From positions 453,790 through 517,789 of the forward strand of contig CAYRUS010000001.1 in NCBI GenBank assembly GCA_964427735.1: 64,000 nucleotides of DNA, in the 5' to 3' direction. Below, piece by piece: positions 47,225-57,129 of this stretch; within the stretch, counting starts at the first letter, position 1, and each line of letters starts with the position of its first letter. A program made the position numbers and the translations under genes. Below the pieces are notes generated by a model. That model was not told the DNA's origin. It worked only from the letters and a program-made list of their open reading frames with translations, and searched no databases. The stretch comes from an uncultured Gammaproteobacteria bacterium. GTDB taxonomy: Bacteria; Patescibacteriota; Microgenomatia; UBA8517.

Positions 47225-49681
47225 TTACCAGGTTTTAAACCAATGATAGCTTTCATCAAGCCAAACTGGTACTGTTATGCCTGTGTAGCGAGGTAAAAAG
47301 TATATAAAAGCAACCATAGCTAAACTAAAAAACCACAGTCTCACTTTTTTATATTTTGCAAGAATAAATCCTAACAAAATTGCTAAAAAGGGAATGGACG
47401 GCAAGTAATGGTACAAAAACATAATTCTAGGCGAGGCTGCCCAAGGAACAAAAAATATTGCATACGAAAAAACTATTAGAGCAATCTTTTTAGCCCACTC
47501 ATTCTTTAAAGAAAAGTTTTTAATAACCAAATATACACATACCAATACCGCTATCAATCCTCCCCAAAAAACTATTGGATTCCCCATTATGTAAATATTG
47601 GAAACAACATTGTCAACAACTCCACCGGCATAAACCCAAATTGGTCTTAATAAAATTGGCCAACTCCACCATGGTGAAGTAAAAGGATGCTCTGCCTCCA
47701 AACGTGTGTGATACCACCACATTTGCTTTTGAACTCCAATAAATATGTCAAAACCGTGACCACTAGTGAACATTGGGATATAACTTGCCAAATAAACAAG
47801 AGGAGGTAACAAAATAAACCATATATAATTTAGTCTAAACTTTTTCCCTAGCAACAAAAATGCAATAGGAAAAATCGGCAATGCCCACAAAGCACTCCAT
47901 TTGGAAGCAAGAGCTAAACCATAAGCTATTGCTGAAAAAGCATATTTATCTTTAATAAATAGATAAAAAGACAATAAAACAAAAAATAATAAATAAGCAT
48001 CATTCATTCCAATTCTGCTTAGCCCTAGAGGCAAACCATCAAGAGCAAATACCGCAGAGGAGAAAATACCAACGTCTCTATTAAAAAGTTCCTTAGCGAT
48101 TAAATAAACCAATAAAACACTTCCTGTACCTAAAATTGCAGCGGGGAAACGCCAAGCAAAGGCCTGTTCTCCAAATATAGCCATTGAGAACCACATACCT
48201 TCTTTTGCAAGTGGAGGGTGAGTCCATTCATAGGCAAAACCTTCGGGATGGGGATTCCACCATTCCCAAGCCATTGGATTCCCTTGAAGCATTTGTCTTG
48301 CTGTAAAAGCATGATAAACCTCATCAAAGTACTCGTTCTTTGGTTCACTTAAACTTACTAATCTGACAAACAAAGATCCCAATAATACAAGCACTAAGAG
48401 AATTTTAATTTGCTTGTCTGTAAACACTTCATTAACAACTAGCTTTTCTGATTTTTTTGTCCCTGGATCTAAATTAAAAGAAAGAGAAAAAAGCTTACTG
48501 GTAGTGATTTTCACTTTTGAAGCATAAACCAAAATAGCCAATCCTAATACATTAATAATAGAAAATGCTTTCGATACAAAGACAGGAAAGACTTCTTTGA
48601 AATTGTTAGTTATCCAAACATAAGCGTAATATAGGTTTGCTAAATAACCTACAGATAAAGCAAGATAAACAAAAGCTGCTACTTCATAAAATGCAGATAC
48701 AATAGCCAGTGGGGCAAGAGCTGGAAGCAAATGTCTTTCATGAAGACGAGTAAAAAATACAAAGTTTGCCAAAAACAATACGGAAAGCAAAAAGTAGCTG
48801 GATTTTTCTTCTTTTTTTAATTTTATGGCCGTCAATATAAAAATAAATACTGTCATTAAATAACCAAAAAACTTATAAACAGGATTGTCGGGTCGCCAAA
48901 AGCCAAATATGCCCCAGAAATTAAAAGCATTTACACTGGTATATGGGTACTGATTTAAAGTTGTGTTAATTCTTTGAACTATAAACTCCATCAGTGATCC
49001 ATTATTCCAAAAAGGAACAAAGGCAAGAGCAAAAATAACTCCAGATAATAAAATATAAGTGGCAACATTAACTAATCTTGTCTTTCTTGTATACATTAAA
49101 TAAAGTACGACAAGTGCTACTAAAGCAGCTTGTGGCTTGACTAGTGTGCCAATAGCAAGGAAAAAAGCTGATAAGTACAAATTACTACCAAAAGAAAATA
49201 TAGTAAGTAAAGAAAAAAGTGCAGTTAAAGAGTCCACTTGTCCCCACAATGCCGAGTTTGCAAAAACTGCCGGGTTAAATAACCACATTCCACTAGCTAC
49301 TAATGCCTTTTTAGAAGAGGTATACTTTTTAACTACTAGGTAAACAAGATATCCGATCAAGACATCAGAAAAAATTGCGGGCAATTTATACAGTATGACT
49401 TCTGGTATTAAAATGGCTTGATTTATTTTCCCCAATAACCACAAAACATAAAGGTATCCTGGCAAATAATCAGACCAATTACTATAAAAATTCCTAAACC
49501 CATTTTCTGCAAGGTTATTACTCCAACTCAGAAAAGTGTTAAAATCAAGCTCAAGAGTACCAAAAGGAGACATAAAAATCCTTAAGGCCAGCGCTGCCAA
49601 GAGCAAAACCAAAATATTTTTATCAAATTTTATATCTCTAAAAAACCTCATAAATTTTAACTTCTTCATTAGTATACACAT
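47225..49681 (-). CDS. Large polytopic membrane glycosyltransferase: a GT-C-like N-terminal half fused to a PMT/ArnT-like (PMT_2) C-terminal half
   Basis: The second half carries YFDEVYHAFTARQM, matching the DE loop motif of PMT/ArnT-type GT-C enzymes. About 20 TM helices; 818 aa. Confidence 0.65.
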   Translation of the reverse strand: MCILMKKLKFMRFFRDIKFDKNILVLLLAALALRIFMSPFGTLELDFNTFLSWSNNLAENGFRNFYSNWSDYLPGYLYVLWLLGKINQAILIPEVILYKLPAIFSDVLIGYLVYLVVKKYTSSKKALVASGMWLFNPAVFANSALWGQVDSLTALFSLLTIFSFGSNLYLSAFFLAIGTLVKPQAALVALVVLYLMYTRKTRLVNVATYILLSGVIFALAFVPFWNNGSLMEFIVQRINTTLNQYPYTSVNAFNFWGIFGFWRPDNPVYKFFGYLMTVFIFILTAIKLKKEEKSSYFLLSVLFLANFVFFTRLHERHLLPALAPLAIVSAFYEVAAFVYLALSVGYLANLYYAYVWITNNFKEVFPVFVSKAFSIINVLGLAILVYASKVKITTSKLFSLSFNLDPGTKKSEKLVVNEVFTDKQIKILLVLVLLGSLFVRLVSLSEPKNEYFDEVYHAFTARQMLQGNPMAWEWWNPHPEGFAYEWTHPPLAKEGMWFSMAIFGEQAFAWRFPAAILGTGSVLLVYLIAKELFNRDVGIFSSAVFALDGLPLGLSRIGMNDAYLLFFVLLSFYLFIKDKYAFSAIAYGLALASKWSALWALPIFPIAFLLLGKKFRLNYIWFILLPPLVYLASYIPMFTSGHGFDIFIGVQKQMWWYHTRLEAEHPFTSPWWSWPILLRPIWVYAGGVVDNVVSNIYIMGNPIVFWGGLIAVLVCVYLVIKNFSLKNEWAKKIALIVFSYAIFFVPWAASPRIMFLYHYLPSIPFLAILLGFILAKYKKVRLWFFSLAMVAFIYFLPRYTGITVPVWLDESYHWFKTW

Positions 49682-51572
49682 TTCTCATATATGGTGAGTT
49701 ATCAAAATTAGCCTCTGCTTCCGGATATTCTCTCTTTTCAGCATTTCCATAATAAATATAATCAAATGAATATTTTGATTTTAATAGATCAAGATAAGCT
49801 TTATTATCTGGATTCGAATAGAACTTTTCGATTTCTTCAGATCTGACAAACACGTTATCTTCACCAGAGTTATATCCGTGGCTATGTGGCCAATTTATAT
49901 AAGAAAGAATTCTTAAACGTCCTGCAACTTGTGTGATTGGAGAATGAACAGTCGGTAATCCAACATAAACTGATTTTTGCGGTGTTTGCTGCCTCATCCA
50001 AATTCCTGCTTCATATTCTGGCAAAGTGTACGCCTGATTTTTATTTATAACACTCCAAAGCACAACCAAGAATGAACTCGAAATAGTAGTTAAAATCACC
50101 ACTATAGAAACAGCTTGTCCAAGAATCCTTTTTTGCTTAACTAAATCTGATAATACCCACCCTGTAATAACTGCAACCGGAATTATCATAAAGTAAAAAA
50201 ACTTAAACATATCTTTTTCATAGATAGTAAAAGTCACACTGTAAGGGATTATAAACAAGATTAAACCGAAGAAAAATAAATACCAAAAGTGTTTATTTTT
50301 AAAATCTTTTGCTAAAACTACCTTGACAGGTGCAATTAAAAATATCACAAAAGGTAAGCCAAAATTATTTAATATAAAACTAAGATGCCAATGGAAGCTT
50401 CTATCACTATTCCAATTTCCAAAACGAAAAGTTTCTTCCACCAAGTTAATCAATGAATTCCCATTAGTTTTAGTACCTAAAAACATTGGAGAAATAATTA
50501 AAATAGGAAGTATAAAAACAATAAGTAGTTCTATATTCTTTCTCAAACCTTTTATCGAAAAAAACAACAAATTAACCAAGCCAAACAATATAAAGCCAAC
50601 AATAAATGCAAAAAACTGGAATTTACTTACTAAGGCTGTTACAACTCCTGCAAGTAAAACTCTCTTATAATCCTTTTTTTCATACCCCGTGGACAAAACA
50701 TACGCAATAATTGCAACTGAAGGTAAACCAACCATCATGGGCCGGTTTTGTAAAAAATAATCAACCATTGGAGCCATCTGATACAAACCATTTGACTCTA
50801 TGCTGTAACCTCTATAAAGCAAGTCAATTATTGCAATAAAAATCGGTCTCTGACCAAGCTGAGCATTAACATCGGTTATAAATTTTATATAAATCCAATT
50901 GCTAAAAAATGCACCGATAACCGAAGAAATGATTGCTGCAACTTTATCTTTAAAAAGCAAATACGAAAAAGAATATATGCTAAAAGCAAAAGTAAAAATA
51001 AAAATAGGATTTGTATAAACTAAAACACGAGGAAAAAATTCAGACTTTAAAACATTAATTATTGCAGAGTGAAAATCTGAAAAATAATAATAAGTCATGA
51101 GCTTACCTGCATAGTATGGAGCTTGAGGAGGGAAATTACCTTCGGCAATACTTTCTATAATCCCAATGTGCATTGCTGTATCTTGCCAGTTAACAGCAGA
51201 TAAAACCACATAGTTATTATAAACAGTAAAAATTGCTGGATACAAAGCAAAAAACACTATGCCTAAACTTAAAATGGACACCACCCAAATAAATGTATGC
51301 TCTTTAAAAAAAGTAAGTTTAGGCTTTTTTATGTCAATTAAAAAAACCAGTGGTAAAAATATGGACATAGCAAATAAAACATAAAACCTGTTTAGTTTAA
51401 AAAGGGAAGCTACAAAATAGACTACATATGTTGAAAATAATACACTTAAAATAATGTATAAAGGAATTTTCTCAAGTGGCTCAAGTTTTTTGAAAAAAGC
51501 CTCTATAATAAGAACACCAGGTATAAAAAAAATAAACAAAAAACCTACAACAGCTAATAAATGATTAACCAT
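49638..51572 (-). CDS. Polytopic membrane protein, probably a GT-C-type glycosyltransferase
   Basis: 644 aa with many TM helices and the loop NWQDTAMHIGIIESIAEGNFPPQAPYYAG. This is a family-level guess only. Confidence 0.5.
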   Translation of the reverse strand: MVNHLLAVVGFLFIFFIPGVLIIEAFFKKLEPLEKIPLYIILSVLFSTYVVYFVASLFKLNRFYVLFAMSIFLPLVFLIDIKKPKLTFFKEHTFIWVVSILSLGIVFFALYPAIFTVYNNYVVLSAVNWQDTAMHIGIIESIAEGNFPPQAPYYAGKLMTYYYFSDFHSAIINVLKSEFFPRVLVYTNPIFIFTFAFSIYSFSYLLFKDKVAAIISSVIGAFFSNWIYIKFITDVNAQLGQRPIFIAIIDLLYRGYSIESNGLYQMAPMVDYFLQNRPMMVGLPSVAIIAYVLSTGYEKKDYKRVLLAGVVTALVSKFQFFAFIVGFILFGLVNLLFFSIKGLRKNIELLIVFILPILIISPMFLGTKTNGNSLINLVEETFRFGNWNSDRSFHWHLSFILNNFGLPFVIFLIAPVKVVLAKDFKNKHFWYLFFFGLILFIIPYSVTFTIYEKDMFKFFYFMIIPVAVITGWVLSDLVKQKRILGQAVSIVVILTTISSSFLVVLWSVINKNQAYTLPEYEAGIWMRQQTPQKSVYVGLPTVHSPITQVAGRLRILSYINWPHSHGYNSGEDNVFVRSEEIEKFYSNPDNKAYLDLLKSKYSFDYIYYGNAEKREYPEAEANFDNSPYMRNVYTNEEVKIYEVF

Positions 51573-52730
51573 ATTAAAAAGTTTATATCAAAAGAAAAAT
51601 TACTGTTAATTTTATTATTTTCAATTTCTCTTTTTATATACTACTTAACTTCAGCAGGAAATACTCCCTATGACTACTTTACCAGATTAGCATCTGCTTT
51701 TTTACAAGGAATGTATTGGATTGAAAACCCACCCCAATGGCTAAACGAGGTTATTCCTTATCATGGAAAATATTATGTTGTTTACCCTCCTATGCCTGCC
51801 ATTGTTCTTATTCCATTTGTATATTTATTTGGAGAAAGTTTTCCTCAACAACTATTAGCACACTTAATGGGTGCCGGGATTGTTGTATTTTCTTATAATG
51901 CGGTACTTTCTTTGACTAAAGTAAAAAAGATCGCACTCTGGTCAGCATTACTTATTGGCTTGGGTAGTATTGTCTGGTATTTATCAGCTACGGGATCTGT
52001 TTGGTATCTTGGTCAAGTTTCCGCTGCATTCTTTATGACTGCAGCTTTGTATTTTGTTTTAGAAAAAAAATTTTTTTTGAGCGGCTTGTTTCTCGGAGCA
52101 TCCTATCTTTCAAGAGTACACACTATCGCTGCTATTCCTGTTTTTTTGTATTTGTCTTATAAACACAAAAAAAAATCAATTCTTTCATTTGTAACAGGTG
52201 TACTGCCGTTTTTGATTTTCAATGCTTTATATAATTATGTGAGATTTGGAGTTCCTTGGGATATTGGCTATAAGCTCATTCCCGGAGTATTAGAAGAACC
52301 ATGGTATCAAAAAGGTCTGGTGCATCCTAGCTATATATTGTCTCATTTAAAAATAATGTTTTTAGCCTTACCTAAATTACTAAATGAATTTCCATATATC
52401 CAACCATCTTGGGCAGGATTAGCAATCTGGATAACTACTCCAGCTTTTGTATTTTGTTTGTTTGCTCCATTAAAACAAAATATTACAAAATTTTTATGGT
52501 TGTCTTTATTATTGGTTTCAATACCTGTTTTAATGCACGGTGGAACAGGCTTTACGCAGTTTGGATATAGGTATGCTGTTGATTTTTATCCACTTCTTTT
52601 ACTTTTAACTGCTTTAGGTGTCAAAAAAACAGGCCTAAAAAAATACCACTGGGTTTTATTAATTATTGGAGTAATCGTTAATCTGTGGGGAGTACTATGG
52701 ATTAATAAATTTGGTTGGATAAGTTATTAA
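51561..52730 (+). CDS. PMT_2/ArnT-like GT-C membrane glycosyltransferase
   Basis: 389 aa polytopic. N-terminal loop GNTPYDYFTRLASAFLQGMYW...YHGKYYVVYPPMPAI, typical of the PMT_2 family. Confidence 0.55.
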   Translation: MINHIKKFISKEKLLLILLFSISLFIYYLTSAGNTPYDYFTRLASAFLQGMYWIENPPQWLNEVIPYHGKYYVVYPPMPAIVLIPFVYLFGESFPQQLLAHLMGAGIVVFSYNAVLSLTKVKKIALWSALLIGLGSIVWYLSATGSVWYLGQVSAAFFMTAALYFVLEKKFFLSGLFLGASYLSRVHTIAAIPVFLYLSYKHKKKSILSFVTGVLPFLIFNALYNYVRFGVPWDIGYKLIPGVLEEPWYQKGLVHPSYILSHLKIMFLALPKLLNEFPYIQPSWAGLAIWITTPAFVFCLFAPLKQNITKFLWLSLLLVSIPVLMHGGTGFTQFGYRYAVDFYPLLLLLTALGVKKTGLKKYHWVLLIIGVIVNLWGVLWINKFGWISY

Positions 52731-52788
52731 AAAACTTAATTTATTCAAAAATATATATTTAATCTTTCTTTTGCAAATCTGCTATCAA

Positions 52789-53874
52789 TTAATTATTAAG
52801 TAAATTAGACACCCAATCATGAATCTCGCTCCAGTCACCAGATCTAGGAACAAATACATACAAATTATCATAATCTTCACTTGGCTCTGGATTTTCTAAA
52901 AGCGTCTCATCTATCACTTCTGAATGAATATTTTCTTTTGCTACATATGCAAATCTAGCCACTGCTGCAGCCTCTTCTTGAGAGAAATCTGTTTCTACAT
53001 TGTTCTCTGCAATACCAATAAGCTCTTTTATCTTTACTGGAGAAGCAACAACCTCTGCACTAATCAATTTATCCCTCAGTGCCATGATTACTTTTTGTTG
53101 CCTGCGACTTCTAGCTGTGTCTGTACCTTCTTCACCTTCAGCATGCCTGGATCTTACAAATTTAAGAGATGTTTCTCCATCCATATGCGTCAATCCTGGT
53201 TCAAAAGTTATTGTTTCATATCGACATCTTAATTGAATATCTCCTTCACAATTATCATTTTCTCTGCCCGGAATAGGGTACATATGATCGGTAAAACCAT
53301 TGTCAATAACTACATCAATACCTCCAACAACATCAATTGCACCTTTAAAAGCCTCAAAATCAACTACAACACCATAATGAACCGGCAGACCTACGATTTC
53401 TTCAACTGTTGCTTTAGCAAGCAATAGACCTCCATTTTCTTGCTTTTGATTTCCCCAATAATAAATACTGTTGAGTTTTGCTCTAAGTTCAGAAATCCAA
53501 ATATCACGAGGGAGAGAAATAATAACAATATCTCCACCATCATCTGGTACAGATACAAACATTATTGTATCTGTCAGGTCAGGTGCTTCGTGTCCCGTGC
53601 CTCCTTTCCCTAAAACTAAAATATTGGTCCTGCCTTCAAATGATTTGACTTCACCACTTCTTGCAAATACAAACTCATACAAAGCGTTTGTATATTTTGT
53701 TACTCCTGCTTCCTTTAGATAATTTTTAGCCAAAAAGGCAGTAATCAATATAAATAACACTAGACCTCCTGCAACAAAAAGCCGTATAGCCTTGTTGTGA
53801 ACTAAAATCCTTCGTTTTAGTTTTGATAATTTGATATAAAGTTTTCCTTTTTTGGTATTTGTTTTGTTGTCCAT
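52789..53874 (-). CDS. LCP (LytR-CpsA-Psr) family phosphotransferase
   Basis: TNILVLGKGG...DTIMFVSV...IISLPRD core motifs of the LCP domain, after an N-terminal TM helix. Confidence 0.85.
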   Translation of the reverse strand: MDNKTNTKKGKLYIKLSKLKRRILVHNKAIRLFVAGGLVLFILITAFLAKNYLKEAGVTKYTNALYEFVFARSGEVKSFEGRTNILVLGKGGTGHEAPDLTDTIMFVSVPDDGGDIVIISLPRDIWISELRAKLNSIYYWGNQKQENGGLLLAKATVEEIVGLPVHYGVVVDFEAFKGAIDVVGGIDVVIDNGFTDHMYPIPGRENDNCEGDIQLRCRYETITFEPGLTHMDGETSLKFVRSRHAEGEEGTDTARSRRQQKVIMALRDKLISAEVVASPVKIKELIGIAENNVETDFSQEEAAAVARFAYVAKENIHSEVIDETLLENPEPSEDYDNLYVFVPRSGDWSEIHDWVSNLLNN

Positions 53875-53880
53875 GATAGA

Positions 53881-55767
53881 ATGAAGCCTAAACCCGCTAT
53901 TAATTGTACTATATACATGACTGACAACCTACTAGACAAATTAAATAAAGAACAGCTTAAAGCCGTTACCTATGAAAACGGCCCATTACTTGTTTTAGCT
54001 GGTGCAGGCAGCGGCAAAACAAGGGTCCTCACTTATAGAGTAGCCTGGTTTATTAATGAGAAAAAATATAAACCAGAAAATCTTTTGTTACTAACTTTCA
54101 CAAATAAAGCTGCTTTTGAAATGAAAGAAAGAGTAACCACCTTAACCAAGTATACACCTGCCTTTGCAGGCACATTCCATTCTTTTTGTGTAAAGGTTCT
54201 TCGTATTAGTGGAGAAAGTATAAGTGTTCCAAAAAATTTTGTAATCTTTGATACAACTGATGCAAAAGACGCAATAAAAGATATTATTGAAAGACTTGAT
54301 TTACCAGAAGAAAACTACAAACCATCCAGTATTGCATATGCAATATCGGATGCAAAAAACCAAATGATCTCTCCTATCCAATATGCTGAAATCGTACAAA
54401 CTGAATTCCAGGAAGTTGTCTTTAAGGTATACGCGGAATACGACAAGCTCCTTAAGGAAATAGGCGCACTTGATTTTGATGATTTGTTGCTAAAAACCGT
54501 TAAGTTACTAAAAGAAAATCCGCATGTCAGAAAGGAGTGGCAGGAAAGACTAGCTTACACTTTGGTTGATGAGTGGCAGGACACAAACAAAGTACAATAT
54601 GAATTAACTAAACTAATAGTTGGGGGATCAGGAAATATCACAGTAGTTGGTGATGCATCACAAAGTATTTACTCTTGGAGAGGCGCAGATTACAGAAATA
54701 TAAACTACTTAAAACGTGACTATCCAGACATTGAAGTGATCAATTTGGAACAAAATTATCGTTCAACAGCAACTATTTTAGAAGCAGCCAATAACGTAAT
54801 ATCAAAAAACTCATCTCACACGGTTTTGACTTTATGGACAGAAAACAACGATGGCGAAAAAATTAAAACATACAGAGCTAAAAGCGGATTGGATGAAGCT
54901 TCTTTTGTAGCCCACGAAATCCAAAATCTTTTATTAGAAGGTTATAAATACAAAGATATATCAGTTCTTTACCGAACAAACGCACAATCTCGTGTAATTG
55001 AGGAGGCATTGCTTCATTCTGGTATACCTTATACTTTGTATGGAGGTGTTAAGTTTTATTCTAGAAAAGAGATTAAAGACATTGTTTCTTACCTTAGGCT
55101 TTTAGTAAATCCAAAAGACAGTATTTCAGAAAAGAGAGCCACAAAACTTGGCAAACGCAGGTTTGAAAAATTTGAGGAATTTAGATCCTCAATAGAAGAC
55201 TTAGATAAACACACAACTCTTGAACTGCTGGATTCTGTAATTAAAGCTACTTATTATCTTGATAAGTATAAAAGGGAAACTGAAGAAAACTTACAAAGAC
55301 TAGAAAATATAAAAGAGCTTCGTTCTGTTGCTACAAAATTCTCCAATATTTTTGAATTTTTAGAAAATGTTACTTTAGTTGAAGCAGAACAAGAGAGCAC
55401 AGGAGAGATAAGAGTAATATATAATATTAATGAAGGTACGGTGTCTTTGATGACCTTACATGCCGCAAAAGGACTAGAATTCCCTGTTGTTTTTGTTATA
55501 GGGATGGAAGAAGGACTTTTCCCACATTCTAGAAGTCTTTTTGATATTCAGCAATTAGAAGAGGAGAGAAGACTTGCTTATGTGGGTATAACTAGAGCAA
55601 TGAAAAAACTTTATTTAACATTTGCAGATAGAAGGCTATATTTTGGTCAACGCACAAGCAATCCTCCTTCAAGATTTATTGTCGACATCCCGGAACACTT
55701 GATTGATAATATTAATGGAGGATATGACAACTTCAACAGTTATGAAGATGATTATTATGACTATTAA
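53881..55767 (+). CDS. UvrD/PcrA-family ATP-dependent DNA helicase (short, 628 aa)
   Basis: Walker A AGAGSGKT, DEWQDTN, QNYRST, and the remaining helicase motifs through VGITRA. Confidence 0.85.
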   Translation: MKPKPAINCTIYMTDNLLDKLNKEQLKAVTYENGPLLVLAGAGSGKTRVLTYRVAWFINEKKYKPENLLLLTFTNKAAFEMKERVTTLTKYTPAFAGTFHSFCVKVLRISGESISVPKNFVIFDTTDAKDAIKDIIERLDLPEENYKPSSIAYAISDAKNQMISPIQYAEIVQTEFQEVVFKVYAEYDKLLKEIGALDFDDLLLKTVKLLKENPHVRKEWQERLAYTLVDEWQDTNKVQYELTKLIVGGSGNITVVGDASQSIYSWRGADYRNINYLKRDYPDIEVINLEQNYRSTATILEAANNVISKNSSHTVLTLWTENNDGEKIKTYRAKSGLDEASFVAHEIQNLLLEGYKYKDISVLYRTNAQSRVIEEALLHSGIPYTLYGGVKFYSRKEIKDIVSYLRLLVNPKDSISEKRATKLGKRRFEKFEEFRSSIEDLDKHTTLELLDSVIKATYYLDKYKRETEENLQRLENIKELRSVATKFSNIFEFLENVTLVEAEQESTGEIRVIYNINEGTVSLMTLHAAKGLEFPVVFVIGMEEGLFPHSRSLFDIQQLEEERRLAYVGITRAMKKLYLTFADRRLYFGQRTSNPPSRFIVDIPEHLIDNINGGYDNFNSYEDDYYDY

Positions 55768-55788
55768 ATAAAGATCGCCTTTACTTTA

Positions 55789-56601
55789 ATGATTACAACC
55801 CCATCTGATAAAAAACTCGCAAAACTGCTTCTAACACATAAACAAATGGCTCAGGTCTATAGAAATGGAACAGAGGAAGATTTCAGTCCCTACTTCTTCA
55901 AAATATCCAGCGATAATCAATATCTTTATTTTGTAGGTGCTAGACATACAAACGATCCATCTGATTATCAAATTCCAAAAATACTAAATCTATGGAAAGA
56001 GTTTCTAAACAAAACCACTAAACAAAATAGTATCGTTTTGGTAGAAGGAGGAGGTGCCCCGGTAGAAATGTCAGTGGAAGATGCTATTAAAAAATACAAT
56101 GGCAGCGGTCTACCTGTCTATTTAGCAAATCTAGAAAAGATTAAATATTACTCGCCAGAACCAGACGAAAAAATGGAAATCCAATATCTTCTCAATTTTT
56201 TTACGAGAGAAGAAATTCTTAATAGCAGATTTGCATCTTTAATCTACCAATGGCATCGGTTTTTAGAAAAACCTGACTTCGAAAAATACATGTATAAATA
56301 TTTGAATCGATATCAGAAAATGGCATTATGGAACGACATAGAGTTTACTATTAACTACGTCAAAGAGGTGCATAACCATATGCATAATCATCCGTTTGAT
56401 CTAGAAAATATAGAATGTTTTATAAAAGATTCAAATCCCTCAGAAAATCAAGTGTCAAGTTTATCGAATATATTCCGTGACATTTATATTGTCAAAGAAA
56501 TAATAAGACAATGGAATGAAGGTAAAAGTATTTTTATAGTTTACGGATCGGGACATGCAATTGTCCAAGAGCCAGCTTTAAAAAAACTACTGAAAATTTA
56601 A
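55789..56601 (+). CDS. Hypothetical protein, possibly TraB/GumN/Tiki-like
   Basis: N-terminal YLYFVGARHT and C-terminal VYGSGHA resemble the GTxH ... GxGH pair of the TraB/GumN family. Confidence 0.4.
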   Translation: MITTPSDKKLAKLLLTHKQMAQVYRNGTEEDFSPYFFKISSDNQYLYFVGARHTNDPSDYQIPKILNLWKEFLNKTTKQNSIVLVEGGGAPVEMSVEDAIKKYNGSGLPVYLANLEKIKYYSPEPDEKMEIQYLLNFFTREEILNSRFASLIYQWHRFLEKPDFEKYMYKYLNRYQKMALWNDIEFTINYVKEVHNHMHNHPFDLENIECFIKDSNPSENQVSSLSNIFRDIYIVKEIIRQWNEGKSIFIVYGSGHAIVQEPALKKLLKI

Positions 56602-56690
56602 GTTGAAACATGAAAGTGCAAAATAATTCAAATAAGTTTGAACTTTTTGTACTGGAATATTTGAGACAATTGATTTTTTGTGGTCTTAGC

Positions 56691-57086
56691 TTATATTGAT
56701 AATGTATAACCTTCTAAGCTCTTCAAAATATTCATATCCGCCATACAAACCATCCAGGAATTGTAATTTCCATTATTAAATGCAAAATTAGCTAATCTGT
56801 TCAATTCTACAATTCTCTCTTTTATATATTCATTAGCTTCACGGCTGTCTCCGTGTTGAAGACCGATGATAGCCAACCTTAAATGCTTTACTCTCTCGAC
56901 TACAACTTGAACTTTTTCTTCAATTGTTAATAGTCCTGTCCCATTGTCTACCAGTGTGTCAACAATTGCATCTAGTTCTTGCGTATTGACTTGGGTAACA
57001 AGCTCATAAGATTGCCACTGATAATCAATATAGTCCTTTATGCGAGTAATATCTTCTGGAATAGTAGGCCTAATCTCCCTTTCCAC
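56691..57086 (-). CDS. Hypothetical protein
   Basis: 131-aa ORF. Confidence 0.4.
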   Translation of the reverse strand: MEREIRPTIPEDITRIKDYIDYQWQSYELVTQVNTQELDAIVDTLVDNGTGLLTIEEKVQVVVERVKHLRLAIIGLQHGDSREANEYIKERIVELNRLANFAFNNGNYNSWMVCMADMNILKSLEGYTLSI

Positions 57087-57129
57087 ATCTATATTATATC
57101 CTACTCATATTTAATGCTAAAATTGCCTA

